Positions 49,101 to 58,324 are shown, numbered from the stretch's first letter. The stretch: 64,000 nt of DNA from Kofleriaceae bacterium (GCA_046597055.1 JBKJLC010000202.1:1-64000), one strand, 5' to 3'. Program-made: numbers and translations. The notes: generated from the letters alone by a model not told the origin.

Positions 49101-50709
49101 TGTTGGTCGACGACACGCGCACGGCGATGCGACCGTCGCGGCGGGTTCGCGCGTCGAGATCGAGGCGACCGAGGTGCTCGCCGGCGGCGTCGACGTCGCG
49201 GGCGACCACGTGGACGTGGCCGGTCGGGTGAGCCGGGACGCCCGCGGCGTCGATGGTCACGTGGACCGCGCCGACGTCGACCGGGGTCGAGGTGGCGAGG
49301 TGGAGCCCGCGGCCGGTGACGGTGCCGCGCACGGTCACCTCCGGCGCCTCGTCGACCTTGCCGGCGACGGTGAGGTCGACGGTGCCGCCACCCCGGGTCA
49401 GCGGGCCCCGGAGCTGGGCCGGCACCACCAACGCCAGCTGGGGCGCGCTGCCGACCAGCCGGGCCGCGTGCACCTCGAGCCCGGTCCAGCCGAGCTTGGC
49501 CTGCACGGTCGCGCCGGCGCGCGCGCCGCCCGGGCCGGTGGCCCCGGCCGCGACCCAGAGCTGCCGGGCCGACAGCCCGGCGAACACGACCAGCGCGACC
49601 TGACGCGTCTCGGTCCCGACCTGACCGCGCAGCGCGACGCTGGCGCGGATCGAGTCGACGCCGAGCGTGGGCCGCTCGGGATCGATGGTGACGTCGAGAT
49701 CGACCCGCCCCGACACCACGTCGACCGGCCCGCCGATCACGACCTGCGACGGCGACAGGCCGGTGGTCTCGAGGTGTCCGGACAGCCGCTGCCGCCCGGG
49801 ATCGAGCACCAGCACGCCGGCGACCACCGAGCCGGCCAGGGTGCCGTCGATGGTGGTCTGGATCAGGCCTTGGCCGGGCCCGGCCGCGGCGCGGAACACC
49901 AGCGCGGTGTCAGCGACGATCGGCGTGCCGGTCAGCACCGACGGCCACCAGGCCGGCGGCACCGTCATCGAGATCGCGCCGGTGATCCCGTCACCGCGGA
50001 CCGCCGCCTCGGTGATCTGGACCCGGGCCTCGCCGAGCCCGAGCTCCGCGGTCGGGATCACCACGCCGGCGCTGGTGAGCTGGAGCTGCCCACGCAGCAA
50101 GACGTCGGCCCCCAGCTCGCGCCAGCGAGCGGTGACGTCGACCTCGCTGCCAACCTCGAATGCCTGACCGGCCAGCACCGACACCGAGCCGCGGATCCGC
50201 AGCGCGTCGAGGTGGCCCTGCTGGTCGGCGGTGGTCCAGTGCACGTCGCCATCGACCGCGAGGCGATCGATCACCACGTCCCACGACAGCGGCTCCTCGT
50301 CGATGATGATCAGGTCGGCCAGGGTGAACAGCGCCTTGGCCGACGACACCGACGAGCCGGCGGTGGTCGGCGAGACCGCGGTGACGTGCAGGCCCTCCAG
50401 ATCGAGGTGCTCGATCCGGATCTTGCGGCTCAGGAGCTCGGTCACGCCGAGGTTGGTGCGCAGCACGTCGAGCGTCACCATGGACGCGCCGCCGGCCTCG
50501 CGCAGCGTGATGTCGCGGACCACCAGCTCGCCGAGCACGCTGCCCTCGATCTTGCCGATCTTGACCGTGCCGTTGACGTGGGTTGCCAGCACCGCCTCGA
50601 CCTGCGTGCGCAGGCGGTCGCGGCCCCAGTCGGTGTGGACCAGCGCGAGCGCACCGCCGATGCCGACCAGGATCAGCGCCAGCACCACCAGCAGCGCGCG
50701 CGCCACCAT
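46195..50709 (-). CDS. tamB: Translocation and assembly module TamB-like protein
   Basis: N-terminal TM anchor (LVHTDWGR), long beta-rich repeats and a C-terminal DUF490-like region (FRSDP...ELLSFVLGG; GRWLSRNLYVAY; LEYWL). Lies downstream of an Omp85 gene. Confidence 0.88.
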   Translation of the reverse strand: MVARALLVVLALILVGIGGALALVHTDWGRDRLRTQVEAVLATHVNGTVKIGKIEGSVLGELVVRDITLREAGGASMVTLDVLRTNLGVTELLSRKIRIEHLDLEGLHVTAVSPTTAGSSVSSAKALFTLADLIIIDEEPLSWDVVIDRLAVDGDVHWTTADQQGHLDALRIRGSVSVLAGQAFEVGSEVDVTARWRELGADVLLRGQLQLTSAGVVIPTAELGLGEARVQITEAAVRGDGITGAISMTVPPAWWPSVLTGTPIVADTALVFRAAAGPGQGLIQTTIDGTLAGSVVAGVLVLDPGRQRLSGHLETTGLSPSQVVIGGPVDVVSGRVDLDVTIDPERPTLGVDSIRASVALRGQVGTETRQVALVVFAGLSARQLWVAAGATGPGGARAGATVQAKLGWTGLEVHAARLVGSAPQLALVVPAQLRGPLTRGGGTVDLTVAGKVDEAPEVTVRGTVTGRGLHLATSTPVDVGAVHVTIDAAGVPAHPTGHVHVVARDVDAAGEHLGRLDLDARTRRDGRIAVRVSSTNTRMPVAIDALVDRRPDAVAIALGTAHVKVRDVDLRAQGGLVTIRPHQIDARDVRVVVDGGTATVAGSYHRGGGRRRAGDVDVRAQLKGFELGSLDRLLDLGGARGRVDVSVDGAMRAGRVTGEVGVAMHQVRPRPGAPAIDLSASAVLSPTRITIDGTARGPEVGGGVFALDVVPPRDVTDLVSWRGLDARAVRADLRVGSAVAATDPPVDLAALSRLAGIQLGLDGKVEGELHATATGVTGRIIVRDLTSPRVAERVDATLTLDGKVGAPMAVTAVIDVEGIGALTADATIATPARPLDLAAWARLDQRAVASATVRAEGLPVGPIAARLGLPDRWLGRLSLKLDVEPGLTGAAVRVGVVGLRGGPLRSRLDAEVTATVGVRGLDGTLVASLGGLRVVRGSGHVEVPIDALARRGLAALWPAPVTATLTADEVALAPLARAVGRYRGLVGTVDLAAKVAGTVGAPTGELTLEIRDLRGALTGLGQLSANARWDGKALTGEVVGAQPSGGRLALRGTVAPGQLAAARTNFTATGYQLAGLAPLLPGPGEDLRGLLDADVQIRGVDPATAVASGLIQLTEARLPVAPAIGTLSGASVKLTLRDRQATLALEGRIGAGVVELDGSATLAGLIPERAVIDVRATKIQLVNALQPILSGKVHVDVVREGDHWRATASVRKGRVVVPEKSGADLHATAMPDDLVIDARTGGRARARGRNRAPSRTGARARLGANLRPQNPFLIASIDIEPVDFQLPDLRGEAVGALTASVGIDVIAVDGTIEAPRGELTLLDRRYRIEQAKVIFDGGIDPQLDVLLSRSFPELTLFIAAGGRASRPVITFRSDPSTYSQGELLSFVLGGSPGVSPGGELEGAALGVATSTASSALTGVFIHRLPFRVDTLAVEAPTARSSTAFKAGRWLSRNLYVAYRRRVEARADQNTNEAELEYWLARRLVIEAVTGDGVHGLDLLWSRRW

Positions 50710-50747
50710 CCGCCGCGCCCGTCGCCAGAACCTGAACGGCCGCGGGC

Positions 50748-52661
50748 TCAGAACGCCTCGCCGAGGCTGAGGTGGTAGGCGATCCGTTCGCCGGCGCGCA
50801 GCTCGCCCGCGCCCAGCCGGTTGAGCCGCACGCCGACGTCGACCCGGACCGCGCCGACCACGGTCGGGATGCGCAGGCCGGCGCCGGCCGCCCAGTGCAG
50901 GCGGGTCAGGTCGAGCTCGGCGTGGCGCTCGGTGACGTCGGCGCCGTCGAGGAAGGTGGCGCCGTCGACGCGCAGCTTCCACACCGTGCCGAGCCGGGCC
51001 CGCACCTCGGCGCCGGCCTCGACCATCGCGCCGCCGCCGTACACCGCCGTGCGCTCCGTGCCGTCGATCACCGCGGTCGCGGTCGGCGCCAGCCGCCGCT
51101 CGGGGAAGCCGCGCTGGCTGTAGGCCCCGCCGGCGAACAGGCGACGGGTCACCGGGATCTGGCCGGTGATCACGCCGTACCGGACCCGGGCCGCCAGCGT
51201 GAGCGGCCGCCAGGACACGTACCCGCGCAGCTCGGGGACGGCGCGGAGGTAGTCGATCGCGCTGCCGGCGAGCGCCGTGCCCTCCTCGAGCCGCAGCTCG
51301 GCGTACCCGCCGGTGCGAGGCGCGACCGGGTTGTCGCGCAGGTCGACGATCAGGGTCTGCGAGAAGAAGCCGAGCCGGTAGCGGAAGTCGTCGGAGGCGG
51401 GGTCGCCAGCGAGGCCGAGCCGGGTCGCCAGCCCCGGCTCGGTCCCCATCTCGATCGCCTCGTCGACGTCCTCGAACCGGAGCACCCGCAGCTCCCAGCC
51501 GATCGCGAGCGACGCGACCTCGCCGATGATCGGCGAGCGCAGCCCGAGCCGCAGCCTCGGTCCGATGGCGGTGTAGGCCTCGAGCGCCTCGTACGAGAAC
51601 CCGGCCTCGGCCTCGCCGCGCAGCCGCGGCCGCCACAGGTCGATGCGATCGAGCCCGGCGACCGCATCGATCCGCGGCTCGACCTTGCCGTCGGCGCGCT
51701 GCAGCGCGACCGCCGGCCGCAGCTCGATCCGGCTGCTGGTGAGCGCCTCGGGGAAGCCTGCGATCGAATAGCCGGCGCGCGCGCGCACCTGGTAGGCGGC
51801 GCGGTCCAGCCCGAAGCCGCCGCCGAGCCGCAGCTCGCGCGGCGTGGTGGGCAGCACCGAGACCGTCACCGGCACCGCCGGCAGGCCGGCCGAACGATCG
51901 GGCTCGACCCGCACGCTGGCGAAGCGGCCCATGTCGCGGAGGGTGTTCTGGGTCGCCACCAGCTGCTTCGACGAGTACGGCTCGCCTTCGCGGATCAGGA
52001 ACCGCGCCCGCGCCGCGGTGGCCAGCTTGCCGTCGACGCCGAGCAGGCCGATGGTGCCGAACCGCGCGCGGACGCCGGGCGCGAAGGTCAGCCGGATCGT
52101 CGCCTGGGCGCGCGCGCGACTGGCATCGACCCAGGCGTCGACCCGGCCGTGGGCGTAGCCGTGCGCCTCGAGCAGCGCGATCAGCTCCGGCTTGGCCAGG
52201 TCGTACACCGCGTAGTCGAAGGGCGCGTCGTTGGCGAGGGGGATGGTGCGGCGCACGTCGTCGTAGGTCAGCTCGGGTGGTAGCCCGTCGATCTCCACGC
52301 CGGCCAGGGTGGCGCGGGGGCCCTCGGTGACCCGGAAGCGCACGGTGACGCCCCGGCGGCCCTCGATCACGTCGCTCTCGACCAGCGCGGCGAAGTAGCC
52401 GCGACGCGCGTACAGGCTGATCAGGCGGTCGCGGTCGGTGCGCACGTGGGCCGGCTCGAACGACTGCCCGTCGCGACGGGCGCGCTCGGTGACCATGCCT
52501 TCGATCAGATCGTCGTGGTCGAGGGCGCTGACCCCGACCAGCTCGATCCCCGCGACCCCCTGCTCGCCGGCCGGCCGCACCACCCGCTTCGCCGGCGCGC
52601 CGCACGCCGCGCTCAGCGCGACGGCGATCACGAGCACCAGCGCGGGGAGCGAGACACGCAC
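50748..52661 (-). CDS. tamA: TamA-like Omp85 lipoprotein with POTRA domains
   Basis: SAAC lipobox, POTRA motifs (LYARRGYF..VTEGP), FAGGAYSQRGF, VGAVRVDVG, terminal LGEAF. Start uncertain. Confidence 0.88.
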   Translation of the reverse strand: MRVSLPALVLVIAVALSAACGAPAKRVVRPAGEQGVAGIELVGVSALDHDDLIEGMVTERARRDGQSFEPAHVRTDRDRLISLYARRGYFAALVESDVIEGRRGVTVRFRVTEGPRATLAGVEIDGLPPELTYDDVRRTIPLANDAPFDYAVYDLAKPELIALLEAHGYAHGRVDAWVDASRARAQATIRLTFAPGVRARFGTIGLLGVDGKLATAARARFLIREGEPYSSKQLVATQNTLRDMGRFASVRVEPDRSAGLPAVPVTVSVLPTTPRELRLGGGFGLDRAAYQVRARAGYSIAGFPEALTSSRIELRPAVALQRADGKVEPRIDAVAGLDRIDLWRPRLRGEAEAGFSYEALEAYTAIGPRLRLGLRSPIIGEVASLAIGWELRVLRFEDVDEAIEMGTEPGLATRLGLAGDPASDDFRYRLGFFSQTLIVDLRDNPVAPRTGGYAELRLEEGTALAGSAIDYLRAVPELRGYVSWRPLTLAARVRYGVITGQIPVTRRLFAGGAYSQRGFPERRLAPTATAVIDGTERTAVYGGGAMVEAGAEVRARLGTVWKLRVDGATFLDGADVTERHAELDLTRLHWAAGAGLRIPTVVGAVRVDVGVRLNRLGAGELRAGERIAYHLSLGEAF

Positions 52662-52714
52662 CCGGGTACGACGCCTCGCCCCGGCGCATGATGCAAGCGT
52701 CCGTCCCGATGCCA

Positions 52715-54454
52715 TTACGTGCGGGCCGCCCGCCCCCATGGATGAGCCGCAATCAACCGGTCGGCGCGCTCACGGACGGCGGGCTCGAGACGACTTGCGA
52801 AGGCCGCCTCGAGCATCCAGGCCAGCTCGCCGGCCGAGGCCAGGCGGCGCGCCGCATCCTTGGCCAACGCCAGGGCCACCACGCGATCGACGTCGCGCGG
52901 CAGGGTTTCGACGAGCTCGGACGGGCGCAGCGGCATGCTGTAGACGACGGCGAAGAGGATCTGGGGGACGCCGGCGCCGCCGAACGGCGGCCGGCCCACC
53001 AGCGTGCGGTAGATCACGGCGCCGAGCGAGAACACGTCGCCCCGGCGATCGACCGTCTGGCCGCGCGCCTGCTCCGGTGACATGTAGCTCGGGGTTCCGA
53101 CCAGCCCACGCTGGGTCAGCGTGCCATTCGATCCGGTCAACGTCGAGACCCCGAAATCGAGGACCTTCCAGACCCCGCGCGACGAGCCCGGCGTCCGCGA
53201 TCGGAACAGGTTTTGCGGCTTGAGGTCGCGGTGAACGATGCCCGCGTCGTGGGCGAGGTCGAGGCCACGGGCGACCTGCTGCACCATCTCGATGGCGTCG
53301 ACCGGCCCGAGGGTGCGGCTCTGGCGCAGCACGACCGCCAGATCCTCACCGACCAGCAGCTCCATCGCGAGGTAGGGCCCGATGCCCTCGACCTGCCCGA
53401 GCTCGTGGATGCGCACGATGTGCGGGGAGTCGAACCGGGCCATGATCTCGCCCTCGCGCAGGAACCGCGCCAGGATCCGGTGGTTGGCCAGGCCGTCGCC
53501 GCGCAGCAGCTTGACCGCGCCGAGCTCGCCGCCGTCAACCTGACGTCCGAGGTAGACCTCGCCCATCGCGCCGCGGCCGATGATCTCGGCAAGCTCGAAC
53601 CGCCCGACCCGGCGGCCGGTGAAGCGTCCGACCCGGCCAGCGTCGGCCCGCAGCGCCTGGTCGAGGACCTGGTTGGCCTCGTTGAGCTGGGCCTCGCGCT
53701 GGCCGGCCAGCCGGAGGGCGTCGTTGGCACGTTCGACCGCGCGGATCATCGTGGCCCGCGACAGCCGCGCGATCCACAGCGTGAGCCCGAGCACGGTCGG
53801 CACCATCACCAGCACGAACAGCCGGGCCGGCATCGACGCCACCGGCGCGCTCAGCACACCATGGTCGGGGATCACGCCGAGCAAGGTCAGGGTCGCCAGC
53901 ACCAGGTAGCCCCCGATCGCGTACAGCGGGACCGCCACCGCGTAGCGACGGTCGAGGCCGAGCCCGAAGAAGCTGATGCCGAGCGTGATCACGACCGGGG
54001 TCGGCGAGAACACGCCAAAGAAGTGGAGGACCTCGAACGACATGGTGGCCACGGTCCAGCCGAAGATCCGGAACACCGTGGTCGTGTAGCCGGCCTCGCG
54101 GCGGGTCCGGTGCAGCACCCAGAGGGAGACCCCGCTCAGCACCGCCAGCGAGGCCATGAATGGCAGGCGGCGCGCCCACGGCGCGGGCAGCAGCGGCGTG
54201 TACGCCAGGGCCGCGGCGCACAGCACCAGCAGCGCGACCGACCAGGCGCGTGCGCGCTGGAGCTCCTCGGCCCGCAGCGCCGCGTTCATCTCGGCCGACG
54301 CCACGCCGGCGCCGGAGGGCGGGGGCGTGGTGGCGGAGTCGAACCGGTCGACCACGCCCGACGACGGCGAGGCGATGCGCGGCAGGCTGACCGTGGCCTG
54401 CTCGTCATCGTCGTCGACCAGCCCCGCCGCGGTCGCGTCCCCGGTCGTCGTCAC
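52715..54454 (-). CDS. Membrane Ser/Thr protein kinase (N-terminal TM domain, C-terminal kinase)
   Basis: About 6 TM helices, then IGRGAMGEVY, AVKLL, HRDLKPQN, DFG, GTPSYMSPEQ. Confidence 0.93.
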   Translation of the reverse strand: MTTTGDATAAGLVDDDDEQATVSLPRIASPSSGVVDRFDSATTPPPSGAGVASAEMNAALRAEELQRARAWSVALLVLCAAALAYTPLLPAPWARRLPFMASLAVLSGVSLWVLHRTRREAGYTTTVFRIFGWTVATMSFEVLHFFGVFSPTPVVITLGISFFGLGLDRRYAVAVPLYAIGGYLVLATLTLLGVIPDHGVLSAPVASMPARLFVLVMVPTVLGLTLWIARLSRATMIRAVERANDALRLAGQREAQLNEANQVLDQALRADAGRVGRFTGRRVGRFELAEIIGRGAMGEVYLGRQVDGGELGAVKLLRGDGLANHRILARFLREGEIMARFDSPHIVRIHELGQVEGIGPYLAMELLVGEDLAVVLRQSRTLGPVDAIEMVQQVARGLDLAHDAGIVHRDLKPQNLFRSRTPGSSRGVWKVLDFGVSTLTGSNGTLTQRGLVGTPSYMSPEQARGQTVDRRGDVFSLGAVIYRTLVGRPPFGGAGVPQILFAVVYSMPLRPSELVETLPRDVDRVVALALAKDAARRLASAGELAWMLEAAFASRLEPAVRERADRLIAAHPWGRAART

Positions 54455-54522
54455 GGAAACAGTGTAGCTGGTTCTGGTCGACCGGAATTCGCGTGGGCCG
54501 GACCCGGGCGCTGGCTGCGCGG

Positions 54523-55764
54523 TCAGTTACTGGCGGGGGTCTCGCGGCCGATCACGATCGGCGCGCAGGTCGAAACGCCAGCGCCGACCACGACGTACTG
54601 CTGGTTCGTCAGCGGGACGGTGTGGGCCATGGTCGAGCGGTTGAGCGCGTGAACGCTGGCGATCGGGCCGGTGCCGGTGAGCGCGTTGACCGTGGTGACG
54701 AACACGTAGAACGTGCCGCCCCACTGCGCGAAGGCCCAGGCCCGGACCGAGCGGCCGGCGGCGGCGAGGTCGAACGACAGGCGCTGGCCGACCCCGGCGC
54801 CGGTGACCTTGTCGATCTGCTGGACGAAGGCGTTGGCCACGGTGTCGGGGAAGAACGCCCACAGGGTGGCATCGCCCAGGCCGCTGTACTCGGCGCTGTA
54901 CTCGGCCGTCGGACCGACCGCGGCGACCCGGTTGATGGCGAGGGTGGTCGTGTCGATCCAGCCCAGCGAGCCCGAGGTCTGCAAGTCGGCGTTGCCGCCG
55001 CCGATCCACAGCTTCTCGGTGTCGCCGCCGGCCGCGTCGGTGACGAAGCCCATGCCGAACAGGTCCCAGCGCTGGCCACCCACGTTCTGGCTGGCGACGA
55101 AGTCGGTGGGCTGGCACGACGCGTCGGCGGTCGAGACCTTGAAGATCTTGCCGCTGTTGTAGAGCACCCAGGCGACCGCGTCGCGGTCGACCGCCATCGA
55201 GAACGGCGTCGCCGGCGCGTTCGGATTGTTCGGGTCGGGCTCGAACGGCGTCCCCGGGTTGGGGCAGTTGAGCCGGCCGATCAGGCGGTACGGGCCGCCG
55301 GCCGCGCCGATGAGGCGAGGGTCGAACGCGACCAGGTTGTACGCGTCGTCGACGACGTAGATGAGGTCGACGCCGTCAGCCGAGCACGCGCGCGCGCACG
55401 CGCCGCTCGAGCACTCGGTGCCGGCGGCGCAGGTCTCGACGGTGGATCCGAACGTCCCGTCGGCGTTGCAAGTCACGACGCTGTTGCCGTTGCACGCGTT
55501 GCCGCTGCCGGGGACGCAGTCGAGGCAGCCGCCGTTGCTGGCGTCGCACGCGTTGGGGCAGTTCTCGGTGGTCGTGAACGAGCTGCCCTGGCAGGTCTGG
55601 TACTGGGTGCCGATGCAGCGGGTCTCGCTGCCGCTGCACGAATCGGCGCCGCCGTCGCCGTCGCCGACATCGTCGTCGTCGCCGCTGCCGCCACTGGGAC
55701 CGCAGGCCGCAACGAGGCACGCGAAGGCGAGGGTGAAGCATGAAACCAAGGTGCGCGATGCCAT
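54523..55764 (-). CDS. Cys-rich lipoprotein with beta-propeller-like C-terminal domain
   Basis: AGGAGG RBS, VAAC lipobox, Cys repeats, PFSMAVDR, WAFAQWGG, VVGAGVSTCAP. Confidence 0.85.
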   Translation of the reverse strand: MASRTLVSCFTLAFACLVAACGPSGGSGDDDDVGDGDGGADSCSGSETRCIGTQYQTCQGSSFTTTENCPNACDASNGGCLDCVPGSGNACNGNSVVTCNADGTFGSTVETCAAGTECSSGACARACSADGVDLIYVVDDAYNLVAFDPRLIGAAGGPYRLIGRLNCPNPGTPFEPDPNNPNAPATPFSMAVDRDAVAWVLYNSGKIFKVSTADASCQPTDFVASQNVGGQRWDLFGMGFVTDAAGGDTEKLWIGGGNADLQTSGSLGWIDTTTLAINRVAAVGPTAEYSAEYSGLGDATLWAFFPDTVANAFVQQIDKVTGAGVGQRLSFDLAAAGRSVRAWAFAQWGGTFYVFVTTVNALTGTGPIASVHALNRSTMAHTVPLTNQQYVVVGAGVSTCAPIVIGRETPASN

Positions 55765-55895
55765 GAGAGTCCTCCTGGGGCAAACGTCCCGTCCGACGTG
55801 CGAGGTGTCTTGTACCGCACCGGCCCCCGTCGGGGGAAGCGTCGCGACGGCCCCTGCCCCGGCATCCCGGCGCGGGGCTGATATGCTCCGCGCCG

Positions 55896-56447
55896 ATGGC
55901 GACCTTCGTGCAAGGCTGGGGGCTGACCGTGCTCCTGCTGGTGGTCATCACGCTGGTCTTCTTCGCCGGCCTGGTCCACCTGCGCGGCGAGCTGCGCTGG
56001 GTGCGCACGCTCACCGACCACCTCGGGCTCGAGCTGGTCGACGAGACCGCGGCGCGGCGCCAGGGCGGGCTCGAGCTGGAGGCGATCCGTGACGAAGCGC
56101 ACGCGGTGCGGACCGCGACCGACCCGGCGTGGGCCCAGAAGCAGGTGCGGACCTGGCAGATGCGCGCGTTCCGGCTGGAGCCAGCCCTGCTGTTCTGGAC
56201 CGACCTGCTGCGTCAACTCGGGCTGCTCGGCACCGTGCTGGGCCTGGGCCTGGCGCTCGCGGTCAGCGGTGAGGGCGTCGCCGCGCTGATCGGCCCGCTG
56301 GCGCTCAAGGTGTGGTCGACCGTGTTCGGCCTCGCCTACGCGATCGTGCTGTCGTCGCTGTACGGCATGAAGCTGCCGGCCTGGGTCGACGCCTGCGAGA
56401 AGAACATCGAGGCCTGGGAGGCGCGCCGGCGCGCGGGCACGCCATGA
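55896..56447 (+). CDS. MotA/TolQ/ExbB family proton channel subunit
   Basis: Three TM helices. LGLLGTVLG (TM2) and STVFGLAYAI (TM3). Confidence 0.8.
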   Translation: MATFVQGWGLTVLLLVVITLVFFAGLVHLRGELRWVRTLTDHLGLELVDETAARRQGGLELEAIRDEAHAVRTATDPAWAQKQVRTWQMRAFRLEPALLFWTDLLRQLGLLGTVLGLGLALAVSGEGVAALIGPLALKVWSTVFGLAYAIVLSSLYGMKLPAWVDACEKNIEAWEARRRAGTP

Positions 56448-57061
56448 GGCGGCGCCCGCTGCCCTCGCCGTCGGGGTCGATGACCTCGCTGGTCGACATC
56501 ATGTTCATCCTGGTGTTCGTGCTGCTCGTGCAGGCCGCCGCGCGCGAGGAGCCGGCCAGCGCTGCGCCCGCGCCCCCGGTGGTGGTGCCGCCCCGACCGC
56601 CGGCGCCGCCGGCCGCGACCGCGAGGGTCCAGCAGGCCGCGCGGGTCGAGCTGGCCCGTCGGATCGAGCGCGCGCCGACCGTGGTCGCGCGGATCCTGCG
56701 CGACGGCCGGCTCACCGCCCTCGAGCTGCCCGACGGCCGGGTCGAGCTGGCGATCCCGCTGGTCATGGGCGTGGCCGATCCCGACGTCGGGCTCGCCTAT
56801 CTCGGCGACCGGGCGGCCGAGCTGCGCTTGTGCCACGTCATCGCGCGCGAGCTCGGGGTCGCCGACCTCGATGGCCGGATCGTGGCGATCGCGCCCGAGG
56901 CCCCCATCGGCGAGCTGCCGGTCGCGCTGGTGGCCGGGCTGCGCCGCGATGCCGAGCGGTGCCTGACCGATCAGCGTGCGTTTGCGGTGCTGGTGGATCC
57001 AGCGGCGGTCCCGGCGAGCTCGCCGGCCGACCCCGCGGTCCAGGATGGAGGGATACCATGA
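56444..57061 (+). CDS. ExbD/TolR-like subunit
   Basis: ATGA coupling. MTSLVDIMFILVFVLLV TM with the conserved Asp, followed by a Pro-rich linker. Confidence 0.75.
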   Translation: MRRRPLPSPSGSMTSLVDIMFILVFVLLVQAAAREEPASAAPAPPVVVPPRPPAPPAATARVQQAARVELARRIERAPTVVARILRDGRLTALELPDGRVELAIPLVMGVADPDVGLAYLGDRAAELRLCHVIARELGVADLDGRIVAIAPEAPIGELPVALVAGLRRDAERCLTDQRAFAVLVDPAAVPASSPADPAVQDGGIP

Positions 57062-57501
57062 GTGATGCGATGGATCGCGCGGAGCGTCGGCGACGCCGGC
57101 GCCGACGCTGGTTCGGGCTGCTGCTGATCGCCGTCCTGGTGGCCTCGTTCTTTCTGATCCGCTGCGGCGGCGGGTTCGGCATCGGCGGTGGCGGCGGGCG
57201 TGGCGTCGGCCGCGGGACCGCCAAGGGCCTGAAGCGGGGCCCGGCCGCGGTGGTCACCGACGCGGGCCCGCGCTGCCGGGTCCGGGTGTCCGCCGCCGGC
57301 GTGAGGCTCGACGGCGACGCCTCGTCGATCGCCGCGGTCGTGGCCGCGTGTCGCCAGGCCGGCGGGGCCGAGGTGATCGTCACCGGCGACGCCCGCCAGG
57401 GCCAGTGGGACGAGCTGCGCGCGGCGCTCGACGCCGCCGCGGTGCCGGCGTTCGTCAACGGCGCCGGCCGCCCGACCCCGACCCTCGACGCCGGGAACTA
57501 G
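57058..57501 (+). CDS. Single-TM protein with ExbD-like periplasmic domain but no TM Asp
   Basis: ATGA coupling and GGAGG RBS. Poly-Arg, TM, Gly-rich linker, then VRVSAAGVRLDG...VIVTGDA.QG...LRAALDAA. Confidence 0.65.
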   Translation: MSDAMDRAERRRRRRRRWFGLLLIAVLVASFFLIRCGGGFGIGGGGGRGVGRGTAKGLKRGPAAVVTDAGPRCRVRVSAAGVRLDGDASSIAAVVAACRQAGGAEVIVTGDARQGQWDELRAALDAAAVPAFVNGAGRPTPTLDAGN

Positions 57502-57701
57502 ACGTAGCGGACGGCGTGAACCGGCGGCAGCGAGGTCGCGACCTGGTGCCAGGCATCGCCCTGGTTGGCGGTGACCCACAGGTTGCCGGTGCTCGAGCCG
57601 AAGCCGAGCTGGTCGCCGTCCGGGGCGGTGGTGCCCTCGACCTCCGTGCTCGGACACTCGACGTGGCGCCGCAAGTTGGGCGTGAAGACGACCTCGGCCA
57701 T
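57498..57701 (-). pseudogene. Deletion chimera: MoaD/ThiS-like N-terminus fused to the C-terminal end of a BNR/sialidase-like gene
   Basis: MAEVVFTPNLRRHVECPSTEVEGTT followed by APDGDQLGFGSSTGNLWVTANQGDAWHQVATSLPPVHAVRYV. Confidence 0.65.
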
Positions 57702-57766
57702 CGGGGCGGACTGTACCCGAAGGCCGCGGCGTGGACGCGGGAGCGAGCGCGCGGTAGCGTCCGCCG

Positions 57767-58324
57767 ATGAGCCCACTGGCGGAGTCCGCGCACGCCCTGC
57801 GTCCGTTCGCGTGCGTGGTCGCCGCGGACCAGGCGGGCGGCATCGGCCGCGCCAACGATCTACCGTGGCCCAAGCTCAAGGCCGACCTGCGCCACTTCCG
57901 CGACCTCACGTCGATCGCGCCCGCCGGCCAGCGCAACGCGGTGATCATGGGGCGCAAGACCTGGGACTCGGTGCCGCCGAAGTACCGGCCGCTGCCCGAC
58001 CGGCTCAACGTCGTGATCTCGCGCGGCCAGGTCGCGCGGCCCGACGGCGTCCTGCTCGCGGGCTCGCTCGACGACGCGCTGGCGCATGCGGCCGCGGTGC
58101 CCGACGTCGACCAGCTGTTCGTGGTCGGCGGCGGCGAGATCTACTGGCAGGCGTTCGCGCACGACCGCTGCCGCGACGTGTTCCTCACCCGGCTCGCCAG
58201 CACGTTCGACTGCGACACCTTCATCCCGCCGGTCGCCGAGCGCTTCGCGCTGGCCGAGACGCTCGGCAGCCACCAGGACGCCGGCGTCGCCTACACGATC
58301 GAGCGCTGGGCACGCTGTCGCTAG
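57767..58324 (+). CDS. folA: Dihydrofolate reductase
   Basis: GIG...[41 protein letters not shown]. Confidence 0.96.
   Translation: MSPLAESAHALRPFACVVAADQAGGIGRANDLPWPKLKADLRHFRDLTSIAPAGQRNAVIMGRKTWDSVPPKYRPLPDRLNVVISRGQVARPDGVLLAGSLDDALAHAAAVPDVDQLFVVGGGEIYWQAFAHDRCRDVFLTRLASTFDCDTFIPPVAERFALAETLGSHQDAGVAYTIERWARCR

Noticed and set aside
50710..52752. 2185-aa ORF suggesting a huge N-terminal extension of TamB
   Set aside because: The extension is an off-frame overlap with tamA. TamB-like sequence begins at the TM anchor near 50709.
55896..57501. Zorya (ZorAB) or flagellar MotAB interpretation of the motor operon
   Set aside because: No long ZorA tail, no OmpA-like peptidoglycan-binding domain in the B subunits and no zorC/D/E genes.
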